This document shows, piece by piece, positions 1-12,544 of a DNA stretch of 64,000 bases. The DNA lies in assembly GCA_963748265.1 (NCBI GenBank), contig CAVVIG010000009.1:72374-136373 (forward strand), in the 5' to 3' direction. Position numbers and translations under genes: made by a program. Source of the DNA: an uncultured Acidobacteriota bacterium (lineage in GTDB: Bacteria; Acidobacteriota; Vicinamibacteria; Vicinamibacterales; CAVVIG01). Every line of letters begins with the position of its first letter. The stretch's first letter is position 1. Under the pieces are notes generated by a model, which worked only from the letters and a program-made list of their open reading frames with translations, had not been told where the DNA came from and made no database searches.

Positions 1-2226
1 CTCGCGATGTCGAGGTTCCGGTAGATGATGTTGGTGAACGTGCCGAAGTCGAGCCCGTTCTGGACGACCTCGTCGCGCCGTTGGCGGAGCGTGATCGTGT
101 CGTCGATGAAGTCGGAGGTCCGTCGCCACGATGTAGCTGACCTCGCCGTATCCCTTGCCGTTCATGAGCTCCGCCCCGTACGACAGCGTGAACTCTTTGA
201 CGATCGGCGACGACAGGCCGTCCTCGAAGAAGAGTTGGCGGTCGGGAACTGTCCCAGGACGGTCTCGTAGTTCGCCGGATCGAATCCGGGAGCGAAGCTG
301 CGGCCTTGTCCGGCAGGTCCATCGATAGATGCCAATCGCAGGTCGGGATTGCCGACGTTGTTGTTCGCGCCGATCTGCGCTTCGTTGTAGCGGCCCGAGT
401 AGTGACCGTAGGTCACGTGAAACACGTGCCGGCCGTTCGCCATTTGACGTCGTACGCCGACGGCCAGACGCGGCACGAATCGTGTCGGTGTCGACGCCGA
501 TCAGCCCGCCGGTCGGCTTCGCTCTTCACGCGCTCGTAGCGGAAACCCGAGGTCGGCCGACAACTGGCTGTTGATCACCCAGTGATCCTGGACGTAGAAC
601 GAGTTGTTGTCGACGTTGAGCGCCGCGCCCGCGCTCGGGATCCAGTTCTCGAGTTGCGTCTCGCCCGGGACGAACACCGGGATGAAATGCCCGGTCCGAG
701 TCGAGCAGCGGGCGCTCCGGCCGCATCTGCGGTAGTCGGCGTCGAACACGTAGCCCGGTGGACGACTGCGAGTTGCCGCCGGTGTTCTGGCTGCGGAAGA
801 ACTCGTAGCCGCCCTTGATCTCGTGCCGACCGGCGCGCCGTGCACAGAAGTAGGTCAGGTTGCCGGTGAACTGGCGGTTGTTGCGGTTCTCAGGGTCGGT
901 GGCGTCGAAGTACTGGCGCGTTGTAGTGCCAGGCTCCCTGAGTTCAGGGCGAAGAACGGCGAATCGACGATGTTCGTGCTCGTGCCGCCGGATCCCCTGA
1001 ACCCGAACTTGCGCTGCGAGAACTGCGCCTCGGCGAGCAGGTTGTGCCGCAGCACGCCGCGGTAGTTCGTGAAGTCGTACCAGTTCGGCAGCGTGCGGTC
1101 GCCGACGGCGAACGGGTCGATGGTGAACGCGAACGGCGGGCCGGCTCGACTGTGTCGTGCGAGTTGTTCAGGTAGCCGCCCTGAAACGTGTGATTCGGCA
1201 GCGAGCGTGCCGGTGAGCTTGATCTCGCCGCGCTTGTTGGTGTCGGTCTGAGTGTTGGCGATGCCGGTATCGGCAGCGGAGCCGACGGTCGAGATCTCGG
1301 CACAGCCGCCCCGCGCCGAAGAACCACAGCCGATCCCTGAGGATCGGGACCGCCGAGGGTGCCTTCGTGGGTGGTCTGCAGGTGTCCGGGCGTGGGGCAG
1401 CCTTCTGGCGACTCGCCGTCGTGACCGCCGGGTCGCAGAGCTCGAACGGCGTCTGCTTCGTCCAGCGCGGGTTCGTGAGGTTGGTGCGGTAGCTGCCCGA
1501 GAAGGTGTTGCCGCCGCTCTTGGTGATGGCGTTGACCACGCCGCCGGTGAACCGGCCGTATTCGGCGGTGATGCCGGAGGTGAGGACCTGCGTCTCTTCG
1601 ATCGCGTCCTCGATGAACAGGTTCTGCGGCGAGCCGAACAGGTTGTCGTTGACGTCGACGCCGTTCAGCATGAAGACGTTGTCGAACGCGAACGCGCCGT
1701 TGATCGTGATCTGGCCGGCGTTCGGCGTGTTCGTCGGTCAGGCCGGGCGCGAGCTGCGCGATGCCGGAAAGGGTCCGCGGCGTGGCCAGCGCTTCGATTT
1801 CGTCGTGCTTGTAAGTTGGCGCCGATGGTCGGGGTCGCGATCGGGGCCGGCGTCTCGGCGACGACCTGGACCTGTTCGGTCACGCCGGCGGCCTGCAGCG
1901 TGACGTTCTGTTCGACGGTCAGGCCGAGGAGCACTGCGGTCGTCCGCTTCGACGGGTGCGAACTGCCGTCAGCTCGAAGGTGATCTCGTAGTTGCCGGGC
2001 GGCAGCTGCCGGAAGGGAATAGGTGCCATCGGCGGCGGTCGTCGTGGTGCGCGGGCCCTGCAGGGCTCGGCGATGACGCCGTCACGGTGACGCTCGGACG
2101 GCAGGCCTGCGGGTCGATCACCGTGCCGCGAATGATGCCGGTCTGGACGCCCTGGGCTGCGGCGTCGCCGACGGCCAAGGAAGCCGGCCAGCCATCTCGC
2201 GGCGAGCGCTGTGGTCTTCGTTTCAT
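1..2226 (-). CDS. TonB-dependent receptor (carboxypeptidase-regulatory-like domain + plug + barrel); C-terminus off the left edge; frame broken repeatedly
   Basis: Minus-strand peptides 'AAAQGVQTGIIRGTVIDP', 'VTLQAAGVTEQVQVVAETP', 'MLNGVDVNDNLFGSPQNLFIEDAIEETQVLTSGITAEYGRFTGGVVNAITKSGGNTFSGSYR' (plug) and 'FYVQDHWVINSQLSADLG' lie in ORFs 1969-2565, 1665-1934, 1168-1671 and 501-845 in different frames. ATG at 2226 has GGAGAC upstream. Confidence 0.85.
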
Positions 2227-2446
2227 TGCTGTAGGTCTCCTTCTGCGTGACACTCGCTTCGAACATCTGTTCAGCATACGGATATTCGAACATCGTCGTT
2301 CAGCATTCACCGACCTGTAGCAGCACGCCGTGGTCGACATGCAGTTCATGCGATCAGAAATGCACGATGTAGTTCCGGCGGCTTTGGCTCCATGAGGACA
2401 CCAGCGAGGTTTGGCGACTATCCAAGTGACTTGGATCAGAATGTGA

Positions 2447-3294
2447 CTAGGCTCGAGCGCGCTTCTTCGGACCGCTATCGAGTGGCCGGCTGCGACCGAC
2501 GCCGGCTTCTTCTTCGTGGCGCTGATCGTGTCGAGGCTCTTGCGCAGCGCGTCCATCAGGTTCACGACCTTCGGCGGCGCCTCGACCTCCGGGGCGACGA
2601 CCTCGCGGCCCTCGATCTTCGCGTCGATGATCTCGCGCAGGCCTTCCTGATACTCGTCGCGATACGACTGCGAAGTCGACGCTCGCCTTCGAAGGTGCCC
2701 ATCACCTGCCGCGCCAGCTTCACCTCGTCGGGCTTGACTGTCGCCGGCACGTCCGCCAGCTCGTCGATCGCGTCCATGCTGCGGATCTCGTTCGCGTGCC
2801 GCAGCGTGTACATGATCAGCCCGCGCTCGCGCGGCTGCACTTTGACAGGTATTCGCGGCCGTACAGCGCGACCTTGCCGATGCCCGCCTTGCCCTTCATG
2901 CCCTCGCGGATGACGGCGAACGCCTCCTTGGCGACCGGACCGTCGGGCGCCAGGTAGTACGGCCGCTCGAGGTAGATCGGGTCGATCGCGTGTCGTCGGT
3001 GAACTTCTCGAGGTTGATCACGCGGGTCGATTCGACCCGCACCTTCTCGATGTCCTCCTCCTCGACGACCACGTAGCGGCCCTTCTCGAACTCGTAGCCC
3101 TTGACGATGTCGGTGTTCGGCACCTCGCGCTCGCAGTGTGGACACCAGCGCTTCTGCTGGATGCGCGTCTGACACTCGGCGTGGAGCTGGTTGAAGCTCA
3201 GCGTCGCGCCGGCGTCGGTCGCCGGGAACACCTTGATCGGGATGTTCACCAGGCTGATTTTCAGATAGCCTTTCCACGTCGGTCGCGCGGCCAT
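2447..3294 (-). CDS. ku: Ku protein (non-homologous end joining), at least 3 frame changes
   Basis: 'MAARPTWKGYLKISLVNIPIKVFPATD...KRWCPHCEREVPNTDIVKGYEFEKGRYVVVEEEDIEKV' (ORF 2896-3318). It continues as 'IDPIYLERPYYLAPDGPVAKEAFAVIREGMKGKAGIGKVALYGREY' (2816-3277 frame), 'LIMYTLRHANEIRSMDAIDELADVPATVKPDEVKLARQVM' (2562-2840 frame) and 'MNLMDALRKSLDTISATKKKPA' (1969-2565 frame). The stop (TAG 2447-2449, tail '...SGPKKRARA') is inferred after a further shift. Confidence 0.88.
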
Positions 3295-3519
3295 ATGCGG
3301 TCTATCTAGAACACGCACTCAAAACGAACGCCAGAACCTCCACCAGGCGGGAAAGCACAGGCACGAGACGCACGACACGATCGTGAAGTCGCGTGCGGTA
3401 AAGGCTTCTTGGCCTGCGCCCCGCGCCGCCGGTCGAACTGCCGATCGGACGCCAGTCACGATGAGAATGGGCCCATGCGCGCGGCTCGTCACGCGACGCT
3501 GATCGAAAGGACCGAATCG

Positions 3520-4594
3520 ATGCGGATATGCCGCTCGCCCCGTTTTCTGCTCGCGGCGGTCATTCTGCTGGCATGCCTGGCGTCGTCCGCGGCGCCGACA
3601 AGTCGGCTACGTGAGATGGGCGGATGCCGCCGCGAAATTCCTCGCCGGATTGTCGGCCGAACAGCGGCGACAAGCGGCGTTCCCGTTCGAAGGCCCCGAA
3701 CGCCTTCACTGGCATTTCATCCCGACGGAAATGTTTCCTCGCAAGGGGCTGCCGATCGCCGCGATGAGCCCATCGCAGCGCCAGCTCGCGCATGCCCTGC
3801 TCCGAGCCGGGCTGAGCCAGCGGGGTTATCTGACCGCGACGGCGATCATGGATCTCGAAACCATCCTCGGGGCGCTCGAAGCGGCAGAGGGATCCTCCGG
3901 CATACCCGGACGTCCCGGTGAGCTGCTGGTCCGCAATCCCGAGGGCTATCTCTTCTCAGTGTTCGGCACACCGTCGCCGAATGGTGCCTGGGGCTGGCGC
4001 GTGGAAGGGCATCACGTCTCGTTGAATTTCACAGTCGTCAACGGCGCTTTTGTCGCCGCCACGCCATCGTTCTTCGGGAGCAACCCTGCGGAGGTTCGAG
4101 CGGGGCCGAAGAAAGGGTTGCGCATTCTCGCTGCAGAGGAAGACTCGGCCCGCGCCCTGGTCGCGGCGCTCGACGCGTCCCAACGCGCGAAGGCGATCAC
4201 CGCGGCGGCGGCGCCGGACGACATCCAGACGATGAGCGCGTTGAAGGTCGATCCGCTGGCGCCGGCCGGCATCTCGGCGAGAGAACTGACGCCGGTCCAG
4301 CGCGACCTCCTGCTCAAGGTCATCGATGCGTATGCGTCCGTGATGGCCCCCGATCTCGCCGCGGAGCGAATGGCCAAGATCACGAAGGCCGGCCTCGAGA
4401 AGGTCGCGTTCGCGTGGGCTGGCGACACCGCGCGGGGCAGGCGGCACTACTACAGGGTGCAAGGCCCCACGTTCCTGATCGAATACGACAACACCCAGAA
4501 CGACGCGAATCACATCCACTCGGTCTGGCGGGACTTCGAGGGTGACTTCGGACGAGACCTGCTGCGGGAACACTTGAAAGCCGTTGCGCACTGA
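3520..4594 (+). CDS. DUF3500 domain-containing secreted protein
   Basis: ORF 3611-4594 ('HWHFIPTEMFPRKGL', 'WGWRVEGHHVSLNF', 'HYYRVQGPTFLIEYDNTQNDANHIHSVWRD') matches my memory of the DUF3500 family. Signal peptide 'MRICRSPRFLLAAVILLACLASSAAP' sits in the 3409-3921 frame (ATG 3520), so there is one frame change near 3600. Confidence 0.8.
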
Positions 4595-4610
4595 AGCACA
4601 AGGTCGAAAA

Positions 4611-4667
4611 GTCTCACGGCTCAAGTGTCAGGGCTTATTCTGGAACGCGAACTTGAGCCAGTGAGAC
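4611..4667. terminator. Long hairpin between convergent genes (bidirectional terminator candidate)
   Basis: Left arm gtctcacggctcaagt (4611-4626) pairs with right arm acttgagccagtgagac (4651-4667), about 16 bp with one bulge and a 24-nt loop. It lies between the DUF3500 stop (4594) and the stop of the dehydrogenase gene (~4692). Confidence 0.55.
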
Positions 4668-4691
4668 TGACGCCTCACTGGTAGTTGCCAC

Positions 4692-5766
4692 TTAGATTTC
4701 CCCGCGGATAGCGTCCGCCAGCTCCTTCGTCGTTCGCCTGGCCGCCGAGATCCGGCGTCCGGATCTTGCCGGACGCGACCACCCGCTCGATGGCCCCGAC
4801 AATGCGGTCGTGCACGTCGCGATGGCCGAGATGGTCGAGCATCATCGCGCCGGCCCAGATCGCGCCGATCGGGTTGGCGATGCCCTTGCCCGCGATGTCG
4901 GGCGCCGAGCCGTGGATCGGCTCGAACATCGACGGATAGCTGCCGTTCCGGGTTGATGTTGGCGCCGGGCGCGATGCCGAGGCTGCCGGAGATCGCCGAG
5001 CCGATGTCGGTCAGGATGTCGCCGAACAGGTTCGACGCCACGATCACGTCGAGCGTCGCCGGGTGCGTGACCATCCGCGCGGCGATCGCGTCGACGTGGT
5101 ACTTCCGGTACTCGACCGACGGGTAGTCCTGTGCCGCACGACTCGGCGACTTCGTCCCAGAGGACCATCGAATGGCGCAGCGCGTTCGACTTGGTCGCGC
5201 TGGCCAGCAGCCTGCGCGGCCGCTTCGTCGCTATCTCGAAGCCGTAGCGCAGGATCCGTTCGATGCCGTGCCGCGTGAACAGCGCCGGTCTGCTCGGCGA
5301 CTTCGTGCGGCGTGCCGACATGGACACGTCCGCCGACGCCCGGCGTACTCGCCTTCGGTGTTCTCTCGGACGCAGACCATGTCGATGTCGGCGGGGCCAC
5401 GGTTCGCCAGCGGCGAGGCGAGCCCGGGCAGCAGCCGCATCGGCCGGAGGTTGACGTACTGCTGGAAATCGCTGCCGCAGCGGCAGCAGCAGATCCCAGA
5501 CGGCAATGTGATCGGGAACGGTCGGCGCGCCGATGGCGCCGAGATAGATGGCGTCGAACGTCGCCAGCCGCTCGAAGCCGTCGGCGTCCATCATCCGGCC
5601 GTGGCGTGAGGTAGTAGTCGCAGCCCCACGGCAGCGGCGTGAACGTGAGGGAGGCGTTTGAGCCCCGCGCCGCGGCCTCAATCGCTGCGATGCCTGCCGG
5701 AATGACTTCCTGGCCGATGCCGTCGCCGGGAATGACGGCAATAGTGTGTGCGAGTGTGTTGGTCAT
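4692..5766 (-). CDS. Tartrate dehydrogenase/decarboxylase / D-malate dehydrogenase-like (isocitrate/isopropylmalate dehydrogenase superfamily), several frame changes
   Basis: '[33 protein letters not shown]', '[45 protein letters not shown]', '[42 protein letters not shown]', '[41 protein letters not shown]', '[35 protein letters not shown]' are spread over ORFs 5044-5940, 4842-5741, 5231-5506, 4628-5074 and 4675-4929. The start ATG 5766 overlaps the upstream stop (ATGA). Confidence 0.85.
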
Positions 5767-6836
5767 GTGATGGTGGAGAAATCGCGGACGGCTGGCAGCC
5801 CAGGCAGTCCATCTGCCTGGGTAGCCGCCCGCACGATTGCGTCGGCGACAGCCTCCGCTGCCAACGCGCCGATGATGCCTGCCGCGGCCGCACCCGGCCG
5901 TTCGCCGGTGGCGAGGGTCGAAGATCACGTCGCCGTCCACCGGGGTATGGCTCGGGCGCGATCGCGCGGGCGAAGCCGTCGTGTGCCATCTGCGCGACGC
6001 GCGTCGCCTCCGTCTTGGTCAATGCGGCATTGGTGGCGACTACGCCGAGCGTGGTGTTGCCGGGCTCGAAGCGGAGCAGCCCGGCGCGCAGCAGTTTTCG
6101 TGCATCGGCGAGCACCCGGCCGTCAGCCCCTCGCACGCCGGCGACGGTCCGGCCCGTGGCGGGATCGACCACATCGCCAAACGCGTTCACGACGACCATG
6201 GCGGCGACGACCAACCCGCCCGTCATGGTCACGGCCGCGGTACCGACGCCCGCCTTCATGGCGCGGTCCATCCCCAGAGCTTTACCAATCGTCGCGCCGG
6301 CTCCCGCGCCCACGTTGCCTTCGGATACCGGGTCAGACGTCGCGGATTGAGCGGCCAGATAGCCGCACGCCGCCGTCGGACGAACCAATGGATCTCCAAC
6401 GTGGAGGTCAAAAAGCGCGGCACCGGGAACGATCGGGACTCGCGCTGGACCGAACAGGAATCCAATCTCACGCTCCTCAAGATACCGCATAACGCCTGCG
6501 CCGCCATCGAGCCCGAAGGCGCTGCCGCCGGCGAACACGATGGCGTGCACCTGCTGGACGCTATTGACCGGATCGAGCACGTCGGTTTCTCGAGTCGCCG
6601 GCGACGCTCCTCTGACGTCGACACCTGCTGTGACGCCCGCCTCCACGAGAGATCACCGTGCATCCAGTCGGCCGCTCGTTCAACGTGTGATGGCCGACCT
6701 TGATGCCGGGACCAGCGTCAGCGTGGCGTTCCGCGCCGTTCGGGCCGTCGCGGTCACGACTTCGAGTGCGCGCGCCGCATCGCGCCGAGCGGCAGAAAGG
6801 TGTCGGCTCAGTTGTCTTCATCAGCGACGCGGACAT
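5763..6836 (-). CDS. P1/S58 family peptidase (DmpA/BapA-type aminopeptidase), about 2 frame changes
   Basis: 'PGIKVGHHTLNERPTGCTVI' (ORF 6561-7175 frame) followed by 'VTAGVDVRGASPATRETDVLDPVNSVQQVHAIVFAGGSAFGLDGGAGVMRYLEEREIGF...TLGVVATNAALTKTEATRVAQMAHDGFARAI' (ORF 5678-6646). The C-terminal 'DGDVIF...' lies in a third frame. Confidence 0.85.
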
Positions 6837-7653
6837 CAGTTCCGCTCGAACGAGTCGAGCTCGTTTTCCAGCATGGTATAGGTATGCCGATCCTCGGGGA
6901 ATCGGCCCGCGCACGTCGCTGGCGTAGGCTTCAAGCGCGGCGAGCATGGCGCGCCGATGTCGGCGTACCTGCTTCACGAACCTCGGCGGCTGCCCGTTCG
7001 AGAGCCCCATCAGATCGTGCCAGACCAGCGCCTGGCCGTCCCACACGCGCGCCGGCGCCAATGCCGATCGTCGGGATGCTGAGCGTCTTGGTGATGAATG
7101 CGGCGACCTGCGGCGGGATGGCCTCCAGCACGACGGCGAACAGCCGGCCGCTCGAGCGCCGCGCGGCATCGACAAGGCGGCGCGCCTTGACGGCGGTACA
7201 GCCCTGCGGTTTGTATCCGCCCAGGAGTTTCACCGACTGCGGAGTCAATCCAATGTGACCGATGACCGGAATCGCGGCATCGACGATCGCTTCCGCCCGC
7301 CTGAGCATCGGCGGCGCCTTCCAGCTTCACCCGGTCGACCCCTCCATCCTTCAGAAAGCGAATGGCGTTCTGCACGGCGACCTCGTCCGACGGCTGAAAC
7401 GAGCCGAACGGCATGTCGGCGCACGATCAGCGGTCTCTGGCCCCGAGCCACGGCGCGTCAGCATGAGCATTTCGTCCATCGTGACCGGCAGCGTCGAGTC
7501 GTGCCCGAGCATCGTCATCGCCGCCGAATCGCCGACCAGCGCGACGTCGATGCCGGCGGCATCGGCGAGCCGAGCGCTCGGCGCGTCGTACACCGTCACC
7601 ATCGTGATGCGCGCGCCGCTGCGCTTCATCGCGCCGAGTTCGGGGACCGACAT
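6836..7653 (-). CDS. panB: 3-methyl-2-oxobutanoate hydroxymethyltransferase, about 3 frame changes
   Basis: 'MSVPELGAMKRSGARITMVTVYDAPSARLADAAGIDVALVGDSAAMTMLGHDSTLPVTMDEMLMLTRR', 'MPFGSFQPSDEVAVQNAIRFLKDGGVDRVKLEG', 'AIPVIGHIGLTPQSVKLLGGYKPQG', 'VVLEAIPPQVAAFITKTLSIPTIGIGAG', 'GQALVWHDLMGLS' in ORFs 7351-7653, 7010-7414, 6931-7308 and 6561-7175. The stop overlaps the next start (TGATG at 6834-6838). Confidence 0.9.
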
Positions 7654-7672
7654 CTTTCCGCCGGCGACCCTT

Positions 7673-8541
<869 letters not shown>

Positions 8542-8545
<4 letters not shown>

Positions 8546-9219
8546 GGTGCGGTCACCTCCGCGAGCGCTCGATACATCCGTTCGAGGTCCGGCGCGGTGT
8601 CGTGAATCGCCGCCAGATGGGCGTCGATGGTCGCCCAGTCGCCACGTGCGATTGGTCCCGTCAACTGGAAGCCGTTGTCGATGGTCCGGCGCATCAACGG
8701 GATGAGCGCTCTTTCGGTGCTCCGGCCGATTCGAGCAGCCTGCTGGCCGACCGATACAGCGTGACCAGGTAGTTCGACGCGATCGCGGCGCCCCGCGTGA
8801 TATAGCATCCGGGCCTCGTCGCGGATCTCGAACGGCCTCACGCCCAGTCGCTCGGCCAGCCAGAAGCCGCGCGCCCGGCCGGCGGGGGTGTCAGCCGTGA
8901 CCGCGGCCCACGCGCCGTCGAGCTGATCGCCAGACCCCGAGCGGTCGAACGTCTGAAGCGGATGCAGTCCGAAACGGTGAACGTGCGGCGCGAGGGCGGC
9001 CAGCGGCGTGGCGCCGCTGATGTGCGCGATCCATGGGCCGGGCTCGATGGTGCTCGCCACTTCGCGGATCGCCGCAGTCGGGGACACACAGCAGCACGAG
9101 GTCCGGCTCGCCCACCCGCCAGTCAAGACTCGCTCGCGCAGCCGTGCGTTCAGGGCCGACCCTGCGCGGCCGTGTCCGATGATCCTGACGCTCCTGAACA
9201 GCTGCTCGGGTTCTTCCAT
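8542..9219 (-). CDS. Rossmann-fold / DUF2520-type oxidoreductase (possible PanG-type ketopantoate reductase); ORF open but internally frame-scrambled
   Basis: ORF 8542-9219: 'VRIIGHGRAGSALNARL' (dinucleotide fold), 'MLYHA...', 'LTGPIARGDWATIDAHLAAI' (the TGPxxRGD signature I associate with DUF2520). It lies immediately upstream of panC with a GTGA overlap. Confidence 0.6.
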
Positions 9220-9355
9220 AGAGATGTCAGTCGGGCTGACGAGCTATGAGGAAATCGCTGTCGTGCGGGCCTTCAGGCCTGCCGTGTAGGGCGGATATGA
9301 AGCTTCGCACGACATCAAGAGCGATTTCATCGCCGCCTCTAAAGCCGGACCACTC

Positions 9356-9442
9356 CGTCGAGACTTTCAGCCATCAGCCGTCGAGCAACCCTCGAGCTGA
9401 AAGCTGACGGCTAGGAGCTGATAGCTCCTAAGGCTGACGGTC
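9356..9442. repeat. Intergenic composite hairpin element made of CAGCC/GCTGA words
   Basis: cgtcgagactttcagccatcagccgtcgagcaaccctcgagctgaaagctgacggctaggagctgatagctcctaaggctgacggtc. Stems tcgag/ctcga (9381-9395) and aggagct/agctcct (9413-9429). It shares the string ctgaaagctg plus agctgat-gct with the element at 55885-55955. Confidence 0.55.
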
Positions 9443-9468
9443 GGGCACAAAAATGCAAGAATGCCCGG

Positions 9469-11226
9469 ATGCGCATCACAGCTGCTCTGAATTCCGCGCT
9501 GCTTGCTGCGGGGCTTCTGGCCGGCGCGTGCTCGGCGCCCGAATCGCCGCCCGCCAGCGACGCCCGGCCCGGCCCGACGCCGACTGTCCAGCGGACGCCG
9601 ATCGGCGAGCTGCCGGAGGTCGACGTCGACTCGTGCTCGCGCACACGAAGGTACCTTCGTCGGATCAATTCGAGGGCCGCGCTCCCGGCGGGAAAGGCGA
9701 GGAGCTCACGGTCGGCTATCTCGATCGATCAGTTCAAGAAGATCGGCCTGAAGCCCGGCAACACCGACGGCACGCTACATCCAGAAGGTGCCGCTCGTCG
9801 GCATCACGCCGACGCCCGCGCCGCTCGTGTTCAGGAAGGGCATCGACGAGCGCACGCTCACGTGGAAAGACGATGTCGTGGCGTGGACCAAGCACTGTCG
9901 CGGACACGCGCGTCCATCGACGACTCCGAGCTGGTCTTCGTCGGCTACGGCGTCGTCGCGCCGGAGTTCAACTGGGACGACTACAAGGGCCTCGACGTCA
10001 AGGGCAAGACGCTCGTGATGCTGGTCAACGACCCGCCGGTGCCCGATCCGTCGAATGCCGTCGGAGCTCGATCCGAAGATGTTCGGCGGCCGGGCGATGA
10101 CCTACTACGGCCGCTGGACCTACAAGTTCGAGATCGCGGCGGAGAAGGGCGCGGCCGGCGTCCTGATCATTCACGAGACCGGGCCGGCGGGCTATCCGTT
10201 CGACGTCGTGCAGGCGAACTGGTCGGCGAGCAGTTCGATCTCGTGACGCCCGGACAAGAACATGGGCCGCGCCGCCGATCGAGGGCGTGGATCACGCTCG
10301 AGCAGGGCACGAAGCTGCTGACGATGGCCGGCCAGGATTTCGACGACGCTCAAGCGGCAGGCGGCCACGCGCGACTTCCAGCCGGTGCCGCTCGGCGTCA
10401 CGGCGTCGATGACGATCCGGAACACGCTGCGCACGGTCGACTCGCAGAACGTCGTCGCGAGGCTCGAGGGGCGCGATCCGACAGCTGAAGGACGAGTACG
10501 TCGTCTACACCGCGCACTGGGATCACCTGGGCGTCGGGCCCCGGTCAACGGCGACACGATCTACAACGGCGCGAAGGACAACGCCGTCGGGCACTGCCGG
10601 GCTGCTCGAGATCGCGCGGGCGTTCACGACAGCTGCCGGCGCCGCCCAAGCGGTCCGATCCTGTTCCTGGCGGTCACGGCCGAGGAGCAGGGGCTGCTCG
10701 GCTCGCAGTACTACTCGGTGACGCCCGCTCTATCCGCTGGCGAAGACGGTCGCCAACATCAACATCGACGGCCTCAACGTCCACGGCCGCACGAGGGATC
10801 TGACGCTCGTCGGGTACGGGCGCGTCGGATCTCGACGACTACGCGCGCGACGCGGCGGGCGAGCAGGGACGGATCGATCAGGCCGGACCCGGAGCCGGAG
10901 AAGGGCTTCTACTACCGATCGGATCACTTCAACTTCGCGAAGCAGGGCGTGCCGGCGCTCTACCCGGACGAGGGCGTCGAGTTCATCGGCAAGCCGGCCG
11001 AGTTACGGCACAGCAGGTGCGCGACGCAGTACACCGAGCGCGACTACCACAAGCCGTCCGACGTCGTGAAGCCGGACTGGGATCTGAGCGGCGCTCGCGA
11101 GGACCTGAAGGTGTTCTTCGCGGTCGGCTACCGCGTGGCGGAGGCCGACAGGCTTCCGGAGTGGAAGCCGGGCAACGAGTTCAAGGCGAAGCGCGACGCG
11201 ATGCTGCAAGGACTGGTGTACAATGA
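9469..11226 (+). CDS. M28 family metallopeptidase with PA domain (lipoprotein-type signal), many frame changes
   Basis: '[22 protein letters not shown]', '[40 protein letters not shown]', '[38 protein letters not shown]', '[19 protein letters not shown]', '[21 protein letters not shown]' spread over ORFs 9469-10488, 10055-10246 and 10385-11668. The end is inferred at TGA 11224-11226, overlapping the next ATG. Confidence 0.85.
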
Positions 11227-12544
11227 CGCGGCTGACGAGACGGATGATCGCGCTGTCGAAGAAGCACACGCTCTTCGAGTGGTCGGCGCAGTCGCAGGTC
11301 GATCCGATTCCGGTCGCGCGCGCCAAGGGCATCTATTTCTGGACGCCCGAAGGCAAGCGCTTCATCGACTTCAACAGCCAGCTGATGTGCGTGAACATCG
11401 GCCACGGCGACGAGCGCGTGATTCGCGCGATCCAGGAGCAGGCGGCAGCGCTCGCCTACGCGAACCCGTTCATGGCGACCGAGCCGCGGGCGCGTCTGGG
11501 CGCGAAGCTCGCCGAGATCGCGCCGGGCGACATCGACGTGTTCTTCTTCACCAACGGCGGCGCCGAGGCCAACGAGAACGCGATCAAGCTGGCGCGCGCT
11601 GGCCACCGGCCGCCACAAGATCCTGGCGCGCTACCGCTCGTACCACGGCGCCACCGCCGGCAGCATGACGCTGACCGGCGATCCGCGGCGCTGGGCCGCC
11701 GAGCCCGGGCATGCCCGGCGTCGTCCACGTGCTCGATCCGTATCACGGCATCGAGCGCGGCTGGGACACGGCCGACGCAGTCGCTGGCCATGCTCGAGGA
11801 GGTCATCCAGCTCGAGGGGCCGCAGACGATCGCCGCCTTCATCCTCGAGACGGTCACCGGCACCAACGGCATCCTGGTGCCGCCGGACGGCTACCTGCAG
11901 GGCGTGCGCGAGCTGTGCACCAGGCACGGCATCCTGATGATCTGCGACGAGGTGATGTCCGGCTTCGGCCGCACCGGCGAGTGGTTCGCCGTCAATCACT
12001 GGAACGTCGTGCCCGACATCATGACGATGGCGAAGGGGCTGACCAGCGCCTACGTGCCGCTCGGCGCGGTCGGCATGCGGCGGGAGATCGCCGAGCACTT
12101 CAAGGACAAGGTCTTCTACGGCGGCCTCACCTACAACAGCCATCCGCTGGCGTGCGCCGCGGCGCTGGCGACGATTCAGCGTCTACGAGGAGGACGAGCT
12201 GATCGAGAACGCGCGCCGGATGGGCGATCGTGATGAGGGAGCTGACTGGCGGAGCTCGCAGGCGCGCCATCCGTCGGTCGGCGCCGCCCGATCGATCGGG
12301 CTGTTCGGCATCGTCGAGCTGGTCCGCGATCGGGCGACGCGTCAGCCGCTGGCGCCGTTCAACGGCACATCGGACGAGATGGCGGCGCTCGGCGAGGTTC
12401 TTCCGCGAGGAAGGGCTGTACACGTTCGTCCGCTGGAACACGTTCTTCACCAACCCGCCGCTGTGCATCACCGAGCCGGAGCTGCGCGAGGCGTTCGCGA
12501 TCATCGATCGCGGCCTCGAGATCACCGACCGGGCGGTCGTCTAG
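11223..12544 (+). CDS. Class III (omega) aminotransferase, about 2-3 frame changes
   Basis: 'GIYFWTPEGKRFIDFNSQLMCVNIGHGDERVIRAIQEQAAALAY', 'FFFTNGGAEANENAIKLAR', 'ILMICDEVMSGFGRTGEWFAVNHWNVVPDIMTMAKGLTSAYVPLGAVGM', C-terminus 'EGLYTFVRWNTFFTNPPLCITEPELREAFAIIDRGLEI' (ORFs 11223-12233 and 12230-12544). Confidence 0.88.
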
